From NCBI GenBank assembly GCA_038009385.1, contig JBBPCA010000011.1:12479-52478 (forward strand): a stretch of 40,000 nucleotides of DNA, read 5' to 3'. This DNA comes from Hydrogenobacter sp. RSW1. GTDB taxonomy: Bacteria > Aquificota > Aquificia > Aquificales > Aquificaceae. The notes beneath the pieces are model-generated. The model was not told the origin of the DNA. It worked only from the letters and a program-made list of their open reading frames with translations, and ran no database searches. A program made the translations under genes and the position numbers. This document shows, piece after piece, positions 32,717-40,000 of this stretch. Numbering within the stretch: position 1 is the first letter of the stretch; each line of letters opens with the position of its first letter.

Positions 32717-33631
32717 ATGAGGCTTAGAATAGGAACAAGAAAGAGTAAGCTTGCTCTGTGGCAGGCTAACTTTATCAAAGAGAAACTTGAAAAAAGAGGG
32801 CATAAGGTAGAGTTGGTGCTTATAACCACATCGGGAGACAAAATCCAAGATGTACCCCTTGCTAAGATAGGGGGTAAGGGGCTTTTCGTAAAGGAAATAG
32901 AGGAAGCACTTATGCGGAAAGAAATAGACCTAGCGGTTCACTCCCTAAAGGATGTTCCCATGACATTACCCGAAGGGCTCACTATAGGTGCCATAACAGA
33001 AAGGGAAAATCCTTTTGATGTGCTTATATCCTTAAAAGGTGTTCATTTTGAAGATTTGCCGCAAGGTGCAAAAGTAGGTACATCTTCTCTAAGAAGGCAG
33101 GTTCAGATAAAGAGAAGGAGGAGAGACCTAAAGGTAGAAACCTTAAGGGGTAATGTGGACACAAGGCTCAGAAAGCTTCAGGAAGGGTTTTACGACGCTA
33201 TTATATTAGCTTATGCAGGCGTAAAGAGGATGGGCATGGAGGATAAAATAACACAGGTACTTGAGGACTTTATCCCAGCAGTAGGACAAGGTTCCTTAGC
33301 TATAGAAATAAGGGAAGATGATCGGGATGTTTGGCAGGTCGTGAGGAACCTTGATCACACAGAAAGTAGAACAAGGGCAGAGTGTGAGAGAGCTTTCCTT
33401 AGGGAGCTTCAGGGTGGTTGCCAAGTACCCATAGGTGCATACTCTTGGATAGAAGGTGATAATATACTCATCAAAGGCTTTGTCTCTGACCTTGAAGGGA
33501 TTAAATTTATAGAAGGTATGAAAAGTGCAGGCATGAAATGTGCAGAACAAATAGGTGCACAGCTGGCAAGGGAATTGCTCAGTAAGGGTGCTGAGGAAAT
33601 ACTCAGGGGGATTTATGGATGGAACACATAG
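32717..33631 (+). CDS. hemC: porphobilinogen deaminase (hydroxymethylbilane synthase)
   Basis: [39 protein letters not shown] and the cofactor Cys region [10 protein letters not shown]. Confidence 0.92.
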   Translation: MRLRIGTRKSKLALWQANFIKEKLEKRGHKVELVLITTSGDKIQDVPLAKIGGKGLFVKEIEEALMRKEIDLAVHSLKDVPMTLPEGLTIGAITERENPFDVLISLKGVHFEDLPQGAKVGTSSLRRQVQIKRRRRDLKVETLRGNVDTRLRKLQEGFYDAIILAYAGVKRMGMEDKITQVLEDFIPAVGQGSLAIEIREDDRDVWQVVRNLDHTESRTRAECERAFLRELQGGCQVPIGAYSWIEGDNILIKGFVSDLEGIKFIEGMKSAGMKCAEQIGAQLARELLSKGAEEILRGIYGWNT

Positions 33632-35274
33632 GTATAGTCCTTGGAACCAAACCCATATCCCCCCTTGAGTTTTGGATAGGTGTAGGTGAGGGACACATCC
33701 TTGAGCTTGATCATGTGGTGTATGTGGAATCAAAAGCAGGAAACCAAAAGGTGATCTTCTACGGCATTGTTCAGGAAGTGCATAAGTTCCTTGAAGGTGC
33801 AGAATCTGTGTATGATGCTCGCCTTGCCACTGATGGCATTATACCTGTGGAAGTAGCTTATACCGCAAAGGTAAGCGTGACCAGAATAGAACCCGAGTTA
33901 TTTATGCCACCCGCACCAGGAGATAAGGTATACAGAGCGGTAGGAACTCATTTTGAGAAGGCACTTTACTACGATCAGATGAAGACAAAGATACCCGCAG
34001 GTCTTACTCGTAGCGGAGAACCCGTCTATATAAACTATCACTTCATCAACGGTAAAGAGGGAGCCCATGTTAGCATCTCTGGTATGTCAGGAATAGCCAC
34101 TAAAACTTCTTATGCCATGTTTTTACTTTATTCCATCCTTAATAAAGCGGATGATATGAGGGATATTCACGGTATGGTTTTTAATGTAAAAGGCAAAGAC
34201 CTTCTGTGGATAGACAAGAAGAATAAGCACCTTTCAAAAGAGGATAAAGAAGCTTGGCTAAAGCTGGGATTAAAACCAGAGCCTTTCAAAAATGTGATTT
34301 TCTATGTTCCACCAGAAGAAAAAAACGCTAGTGTGCCTGACTGTGAAAGGCTTGACGAAAAGGTAGTGCCTTTTTACTGGAGTATGAGGGAATTTGCAGA
34401 AGACGGACTTTTAAAATTTATGTTCGTTGAGGGCCAAGAGGGTATGTCCAACATAAACTACACCATAGACAAGGTCGCTAACAAGTTATACACACTTGCC
34501 AAAAATAGTCCAGTAGGCAGGTTAACAGACGATTACGGCAGAGATATAGAAGATTTAGACGCTCTTGAAAAGCTTCTTGAAGAAGCTATTCAGGATAAAG
34601 AGCAGAACAAAAACTCAGAGGTCTACAAAAGCTGGTTTGGAGATGCACAGCTTCAGACAACATACGCTTTTATGAGAAGGTTTCACAGGGCTAAGACCTA
34701 CATAAAGAGGTTTGTCAGAAGTCAAGAAGGTTCACCTATAAAGTGGCAGGATCATAAGCTGTCCGTCATAGATATAAGCGGACTCCACAGCATAGCCAAA
34801 ATGTTTGTGGTGGGTGCCATCCTTAGAAAAGTCTTTAGGGAGAAGGAGGAAACCTCAAGGTCCTATCCTAAAATCTTCGTAGTACTTGATGAGTTAAACA
34901 AATACGCACCCAAAGATGGCTGGAGTCCTATAAAGGACATTATCCTTGATATAGCTGAAAGAGGGAGAAGCTTGGGCGTTATTCTAATAGGTGCTCAGCA
35001 GACAGCAAGCGAGATAGAAAAGAGAGTAATAGCCAACTCTGCAGTAAAGGTAGTGGGTAGGCTGGACAGCAGCGAAGCGATGAGCAAAGAGTACGAGTTT
35101 CTTTTGGGTAATTTCAGACAAAGGGCTATAATGTTAAAAAAAGGTACCATGATCATGTACCAACCAGACATACCTACTCCCTTAGTGTTTAGATTTCCAA
35201 GACCTTCTTGGGCAACCAGAAAGGAAGAGGTAGAGGAGGAGGTACATGTACCAGAAGATTTTGGTAATTTTTAG
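33619..35274 (+). CDS. HerA/FtsK-like (DUF87-type) ATPase with an N-terminal barrel-like domain
   Basis: N-terminus [30 protein letters not shown] (HAS-barrel-like). P-loop-position sequence [11 protein letters not shown] (34081-34110). Walker [49 protein letters not shown] is typical of HerA-clade ATPases. Confidence 0.65.
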   Translation: MEHIGIVLGTKPISPLEFWIGVGEGHILELDHVVYVESKAGNQKVIFYGIVQEVHKFLEGAESVYDARLATDGIIPVEVAYTAKVSVTRIEPELFMPPAPGDKVYRAVGTHFEKALYYDQMKTKIPAGLTRSGEPVYINYHFINGKEGAHVSISGMSGIATKTSYAMFLLYSILNKADDMRDIHGMVFNVKGKDLLWIDKKNKHLSKEDKEAWLKLGLKPEPFKNVIFYVPPEEKNASVPDCERLDEKVVPFYWSMREFAEDGLLKFMFVEGQEGMSNINYTIDKVANKLYTLAKNSPVGRLTDDYGRDIEDLDALEKLLEEAIQDKEQNKNSEVYKSWFGDAQLQTTYAFMRRFHRAKTYIKRFVRSQEGSPIKWQDHKLSVIDISGLHSIAKMFVVGAILRKVFREKEETSRSYPKIFVVLDELNKYAPKDGWSPIKDIILDIAERGRSLGVILIGAQQTASEIEKRVIANSAVKVVGRLDSSEAMSKEYEFLLGNFRQRAIMLKKGTMIMYQPDIPTPLVFRFPRPSWATRKEEVEEEVHVPEDFGNF

Positions 35275-36430
35275 CCTGCTTTTCTGCATTTCCTTTGGGG
35301 AGGTGGTAAGTGTAAGATACGGAAATTATCCGGAAAAAGAAAGGATAGTCTTAGATTTTAACAGCAGAGTTGACTACAGAGTTGTGTTACTTGAGAACCC
35401 AAAGAGGATAGTTGTAGACATACTCTCTCAGGGAGACTTTACTTTAAGAGCACCCAAAGGTATAAACTACCGTCTGGGTAAACATCCGTGGGGCACAAGG
35501 ATAGTTTTTGAAAGGGATTTTTCAAGCGTAAAAGCCTTTTCAGTAGAAGGTCCTTTCAGAATAGTCATAGACTTGTTTAAAAAGACTGAAAAACAAGAAG
35601 AGGATAATGATGACGCTTTGTTAGCCATTCTTGATCCTACAGTACTTAAAGTTATACAGTACGACAGCAGAGCCAAAGAGCGAGTCATAAGCGAGCGTAA
35701 AAAGAACACGATAATAACCCAAAAGAGGATCATAGTGATAGATGCGGGGCACGGTGGACAAGACCCGGGAGCCATAGGATACATGGGCATAAAGGAAAAA
35801 GACATAAACTTGGCTATAGCTAAAAGGTTGTCAGAGTATCTCTCACAAGATGGAAGATTCAAGGTAATCATGACAAGAAAAGGTGATACCTTTTTACCCC
35901 TTCAGGAAAGAGCAAACACAGCTCTAAGAAACAGAGCAGACCTTTTTATAAGCATACACGCCAACGCATCTCCACAAGGTGTGTCTAATCATGCAAGAGG
36001 TACTTATGTTTTCGCTATATCTTCTGACGCAGCAAGAAGGAAAAAACACCAGATAATCAACAATGACAGCTATGCCAAGTTAGTGCTCGGTACTGCGGAT
36101 GTCCCCACCAGTGCCAAAAAGGTGCTTGCAGACCTTGCCATGGATGTGACATTATACGAGAGTGTATCCTTTGGTGAAAAAATAGCCAAGAGCATTGCAA
36201 AAGAGTTAGGAAGAGAGGTGCAGTTTAGAGGAATACAGAGGGCAGGCTTTGCTGTGCTTAAAACTCCGGGCATCCCTTCTGTACTTATAGAAACGGGTTT
36301 TATAACTAATCCTGATGAAGCAGTTCTTATGACTGATAAAGAATTTCAGGATAAGTTTGCTCATGCCATCTACAAGGCTATAGTAAACTACTTTTTCCCT
36401 ACAGAGGAAAAACTCACTTTAAGCCAATAA
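35246..36430 (+). CDS. amiC: N-acetylmuramoyl-L-alanine amidase with an N-terminal AMIN domain
   Basis: Signal peptide [22 protein letters not shown]-like RIVLDFNSRVDYRV..PKRIVVDI, and Amidase_3 motifs IDAGHGGQDPGA, SIHANA and LIETGFITN. Confidence 0.82.
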   Translation: MYQKILVIFSLLFCISFGEVVSVRYGNYPEKERIVLDFNSRVDYRVVLLENPKRIVVDILSQGDFTLRAPKGINYRLGKHPWGTRIVFERDFSSVKAFSVEGPFRIVIDLFKKTEKQEEDNDDALLAILDPTVLKVIQYDSRAKERVISERKKNTIITQKRIIVIDAGHGGQDPGAIGYMGIKEKDINLAIAKRLSEYLSQDGRFKVIMTRKGDTFLPLQERANTALRNRADLFISIHANASPQGVSNHARGTYVFAISSDAARRKKHQIINNDSYAKLVLGTADVPTSAKKVLADLAMDVTLYESVSFGEKIAKSIAKELGREVQFRGIQRAGFAVLKTPGIPSVLIETGFITNPDEAVLMTDKEFQDKFAHAIYKAIVNYFFPTEEKLTLSQ

Positions 36431-37070
36431 GTTTGTGAAGTTGGGGTATAACCCTGAGGGTGTATCCCTCTTTAAGTAAGTCTTTTTGGATTTTCAGGGC
36501 TTTTTGTAAAAATTTCTCTTTGTTGCCTTCTGGCTGTAGCACCACCAAACCCTTTTCAAGAAAAGGTAAGAACTCGCCTCTTTTCAGAATGTGAGAAGAG
36601 AAGTTATCATCAACGACAAATTTTAACTCTTTTGCGTTTTTGAGTACAAAAGGATGCACATACCAGTTTGCAGTCCATTTGGGAGAGCATGTTATGTGTA
36701 TGCGGTCTTCTACTACTTGTAGGTTTTCGTTCCACAGTGTGCCGTTTGTTTCTATCTGCACAAAATAACCCTCTTGAATGAGCTCACAAACTAAAAGGTG
36801 AAGGTTTGGTTGTGCAAGAGGTTCTCCGCCTGTAAGCACAAGGTGTTTGTAAGGATAGCTTCTTATCTCTTCTAAAATAGCGTAAATGTCTGTATTTGGT
36901 CTTTTAAATACTAAAGCGGAAGGCTGATCGCACCACGGACACCTTATGTTGCACCCTTGAAACCGCACCATAATACACGGACTTCCCACAAGCAACCCTT
37001 CTCCCTGAATGGTGGGATATATCTCGTTTATGCTTAGAGCTGTGCTTGTTCTAACTTTATCTCGTAGCAT
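36414..37070 (-). CDS. queE: 7-carboxy-7-deazaguanine synthase (radical SAM)
   Basis: IYPTIQGEG, radical SAM cluster CNIRCPWCD and LTGGEPL. The ORF-track start lies 37 nt inside the infB 3' end, so the exact start is uncertain. Confidence 0.8.
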   Translation of the reverse strand: MLRDKVRTSTALSINEIYPTIQGEGLLVGSPCIMVRFQGCNIRCPWCDQPSALVFKRPNTDIYAILEEIRSYPYKHLVLTGGEPLAQPNLHLLVCELIQEGYFVQIETNGTLWNENLQVVEDRIHITCSPKWTANWYVHPFVLKNAKELKFVVDDNFSSHILKRGEFLPFLEKGLVVLQPEGNKEKFLQKALKIQKDLLKEGYTLRVIPQLHKLIGLK

Positions 37071-39238
37071 TCTATCACATCACCTACCTTTACATCGTTG
37101 TAATCTTTTAGCTTTATACCACATTCATAGCCTTTTGCTACTTCTTGCACATCTTCTTTGAATCTTTTTAGCCCTTCTATCTTGCCGTCATATATGACTA
37201 CACCGCTCCTTATAAGCCTTGCTTTTGCGTTTCTGACCATTCTGCCTTCAAGCACATAACAACCCGCAACATTTCCCACTGACTTTATCTTGAAAACCGC
37301 TCTGACCTCTGCAGACCCTAGGACTACCTCTTTCTCTACTGGCTTTAGCATACCCTTGAGAGCCTTTTTAACATCGTCTATAAGCTCGTAAATGATGCTG
37401 TAAAGTCTCACATCAACCTTTTCCCTTTCTGCAGCCTCCTTGGCTTTTACATCGGGTCTGGTGTTAAAACCTATCACTATAGCGGAACTAGCTTTTGCAA
37501 GCATAATGTCATTTTCCGTTATACCTCCCACATCACCGTGTATGATCCTTATGGCTACCTCTTGACTGTGTATGTCTGAAAGGGATTTCTTTATGGCCTC
37601 TAAGGAACCAACAGTATCCGTCTTTACTATAAGCTTGAGTTCTTTTAGCTCTCCCTCCTGAATCTTTTTAAAGACCTCTTCAAGAGCCAAACCTCTTGAT
37701 ACTTTTTCCAACTGCTCTTTTTGCAATCTTCTTGCTTCGGCTATTTGCCTTGCAGTCCTTTCATCGGGTACTACCTTGAAGGTATCTCCTGCCATAGGCA
37801 GGTCCTCAAAACCTAAGACCTCTACAGGTGTAGATGGTCCTGCGGACTTGAGTCTTCTCCCTTTATCATCTGTCATGGCTCTGACCCTTCCGTAGGTAGT
37901 GCCTGCAACAAAGATGTCTCCCACATGAAGAGTGCCTTCTTGAACTAAAACTGTTGCGACTACTCCCTTCTGTTTGTCCAGTTTGGATTCTATGATGGTA
38001 CCTTTGGCTCTCTTGGTGGGATCAGCCTTGAGTTCAAGTAAGTCTGCTAACAGAAGTATGTATTCAAGAAGCTGGTCTATGTTCTGACCAGTTTTGGCAG
38101 ATACATCTACGAATACGGTATCTCCTCCCCACTCTTCGGGTATTAGCCCTAACTCTGAAAGTTCCCGCCTTACTCTCTGAGGATCTGCACCCTGTTTGTC
38201 TATTTTGTTAACCGCTACTATTATAGGCACATTAAAAGCTTTTGCATGATTTATGGCTTCTACCGTTTGTGGCATCACACCATCATCTGCTGCAACTACG
38301 AGCACAGCTATATCCGTGACCTGCGCGCCCCTTGCCCTCAGAGAAGTAAACGCTTCGTGCCCCGGTGTGTCCAGAAAAGTTATTTTCCTTCCGCCCGGAA
38401 GCTCCACAACAGACGCACCAATGTGTTGAGTTATCCCTCCTTTTTCTTTTTCCGCCACATTAGTTTTACGGACTGTATCAAGAAGCGTGGTTTTTCCATG
38501 ATCCACATGCCCCATCACCACCACCACAGGAGGTCTTGGTTGAAGGTTCTCCGATGACTCGATTTCTTCCTCTTGATCTATTTTTTCTTCAACGCTTTTT
38601 ATTTCTGCAAGAAATCCCATACCTTCTGCTATGGACACAGCTACCTCTGCAGGTATGGTCTGGTTTATGGTTGCAAGTATGCCCTTTTTGAGAAGCTCTG
38701 CCATGACTTGACTGGGTGGTACCTTCAGTATGTCCGCAAGCTCCCTTACAGTGATTATCTGAGGTATTTCAACTATCTTTATCTCCTCTTCCTTCTTTTC
38801 CTCTTTTTTCTTCTTCTCTATCTGTTGTTCAAGCTTTTTGAGAACTTGCTGCTCTTCCTTGCTTATCTTTTTTTCAACCACTACTTCCTTTTTTGGTTTC
38901 TCTTCGGTTTTTTGTTCCTTAACCTCCGGTGGTGGAGGGGGTGGTGCTTTCTTTTCACGGAAAACTCCTTTGGGCTTTTCCAATTTAGCTGGTTCTTTCT
39001 TAGGTTGTTTTTGCTCCCTCCTTTCCTGCTTTTTGTCTTCTTTTTTGGCTTCTTGCACTTTTTCCTGTTTTTCTTCCTCTTTTTCTGTGCCAAAGTTATC
39101 GTATATAATCTGTAGTTCCTCTTCCTCAAGATGAGAAAAGTTGGATTTTTCTATACCGTATGCTTTTAGAAGCTCCCTTACATCTTTTACGCTTTTGCCT
39201 AATTCTTTTGCTACATCTTGCAATCTTACTTTGCCCAT
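37034..39238 (-). CDS. infB: translation initiation factor IF-2
   Basis: Start [14 protein letters not shown] at the ATG at 39238, a K/E-rich N-terminal region, and G-domain motifs [20 protein letters not shown] and NKID. Confidence 0.93.
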   Translation of the reverse strand: MGKVRLQDVAKELGKSVKDVRELLKAYGIEKSNFSHLEEEELQIIYDNFGTEKEEEKQEKVQEAKKEDKKQERREQKQPKKEPAKLEKPKGVFREKKAPPPPPPEVKEQKTEEKPKKEVVVEKKISKEEQQVLKKLEQQIEKKKKEEKKEEEIKIVEIPQIITVRELADILKVPPSQVMAELLKKGILATINQTIPAEVAVSIAEGMGFLAEIKSVEEKIDQEEEIESSENLQPRPPVVVVMGHVDHGKTTLLDTVRKTNVAEKEKGGITQHIGASVVELPGGRKITFLDTPGHEAFTSLRARGAQVTDIAVLVVAADDGVMPQTVEAINHAKAFNVPIIVAVNKIDKQGADPQRVRRELSELGLIPEEWGGDTVFVDVSAKTGQNIDQLLEYILLLADLLELKADPTKRAKGTIIESKLDKQKGVVATVLVQEGTLHVGDIFVAGTTYGRVRAMTDDKGRRLKSAGPSTPVEVLGFEDLPMAGDTFKVVPDERTARQIAEARRLQKEQLEKVSRGLALEEVFKKIQEGELKELKLIVKTDTVGSLEAIKKSLSDIHSQEVAIRIIHGDVGGITENDIMLAKASSAIVIGFNTRPDVKAKEAAEREKVDVRLYSIIYELIDDVKKALKGMLKPVEKEVVLGSAEVRAVFKIKSVGNVAGCYVLEGRMVRNAKARLIRSGVVIYDGKIEGLKRFKEDVQEVAKGYECGIKLKDYNDVKVGDVIECYEIKLEQAQL

Positions 39239-39246
39239 AGGATTAA

Positions 39247-39855
39247 TTATAAGCCTTGACTGAGCACTTGTAAAACATCTACCTTTGAAAGACCTAAGTC
39301 TTGAGCGCACACAATGCGCCTTCTTATTTCATCTTCCGGCACGCTGGTTATCTTACTTGCTGTGGTGTAATCAAAGTCCAAGAATATGCTACCGTGTATA
39401 AGGAACGCCTTTTTAAGTGTCCTCATGGCACATGCGACGAACTTTCTTCCGTTTACTGTAAGCTCTCCAAAGCTGGGGAAGAAAAAGCAGTAATAACTAT
39501 CACCTTGTAAACTTTTATTTTCACACATCTCCAAAGATACACCAACAGAACGAAAGGCATCTGTTAGCTTTTGGCTAATTTTTCTGTATATTTGAGTAGG
39601 ACTTTCCCCCCAAGCCTTTTTGTAATCAACAAGAGAAAAAGATATGTCCCATCCGTGCAGTAATGCACCACCACCTGTAGGTCTTCTCACCACTGGGATG
39701 CTAAACTCTCTGGGTTTTTGTGAATAACCTATGCTTACTGTAAGTTGGCTCCACATGTATATCCTTCTGACAGGCTTGCCTATGCCTTCTTCAAGTGCCA
39801 AAAGATTATCTCTGTCTATGTTCATGTTTTCAAAGCCTGTTCTTACTTCTATCAT
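39247..39855 (-). CDS. lipoate/octanoyl-protein ligase family protein (BPL_LplA_LipB domain, short form)
   Basis: [20 protein letters not shown] (LplA/LipM-type RRxTGGGAVxH motif, not the BirA GRGRRGR motif) and a conserved Lys region [10 protein letters not shown]. 202 aa. Confidence 0.7.
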   Translation of the reverse strand: MIEVRTGFENMNIDRDNLLALEEGIGKPVRRIYMWSQLTVSIGYSQKPREFSIPVVRRPTGGGALLHGWDISFSLVDYKKAWGESPTQIYRKISQKLTDAFRSVGVSLEMCENKSLQGDSYYCFFFPSFGELTVNGRKFVACAMRTLKKAFLIHGSIFLDFDYTTASKITSVPEDEIRRRIVCAQDLGLSKVDVLQVLSQGL

Positions 39856-40000
39856 TCAAGGACTCTTTGAAGTCTTTCTGCTTTAAGGTCTTTAAGCAGT
39901 TGATAGTCTTTCTTTATGTCTCTTCCTGCGCGCGTTAGGTATCCACCCACCATCATGGCATTGGTCATAAGGACTGCCATCCCGTGAAAGTCTCTGAGAG
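39852..40000 (-). CDS. BioB-family radical SAM protein, C-terminal 48 codons only (5' part outside the window)
   Basis: Not in the ORF track. Reverse translation gives [48 protein letters not shown], resembling the BioB C-terminal ANxxxxGxYLTTxG..D..L block. ATGA overlap with the ligase start (39852-39855). Confidence 0.5.
   Translation of the reverse strand, partial: LRDFHGMAVLMTNAMMVGGYLTRAGRDIKKDYQLLKDLKAERLQRVLE

Noticed and set aside
38573-39134. Long plus-strand ORFs (180 aa and 98 aa, rich in F/L) and an apparently repetitive AAG/GAA-rich stretch that could be taken for tandem repeats or a novel gene.
   Set aside because: They lie antisense to the Lys/Glu-rich low-complexity N-terminal region of infB. 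The open frames are a compositional artefact of that region, and the repetitiveness is ordinary IF-2 linker sequence.

Overview
This 40-kb window looks like compact chromosomal DNA from a thermophilic Aquificae-like bacterium. That guess rests on KdsA, PurF, ThyX and myo-inositol-1-phosphate synthase resembling Aquifex proteins as I remember them; it was not searched. Most of the window is tightly packed housekeeping genes: waaA, kdsA, purF/purB/purL, lspA, tRNA-Val, thyX, tsaC, thrC, tsaD, ctpA, cimA, gcvH/gcvPA, ino1, recR, fur, hemC, amiC-like, queE and infB. Many same-strand neighbours share ATGA start/stop overlaps, and five convergent pairs overlap at their 3' ends. I found no CRISPR array and no rRNA. 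Accessory or unusual content: (1) An ~839-bp IS with 17/18 matching inverted repeats and a split transposase sits 25 bp upstream of a zinc-ribbon / DUF458 (YkuK-like) / waaA operon. (2) An outer-membrane beta-barrel gene has its signal peptide in a different frame from the barrel. (3) A translationally coupled operon encodes a KaiC-like ATPase, a PP2C phosphatase and an M48/TPR lipoprotein protease. (4) An AT-rich ~4.8-kb island between cimA and gcvPA carries two restriction-modification-like modules; two transposase remnants there share a 56-bp direct repeat, and the second module's nuclease gene appears split. (5) A HerA-like ATPase with a non-canonical P-loop lies alone between hemC and an amidase gene. 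(6) An LplA-type ligase gene is coupled to a BioB-family radical SAM gene at the window edge. All family assignments come from motif reading by eye. No database search or computation was run.
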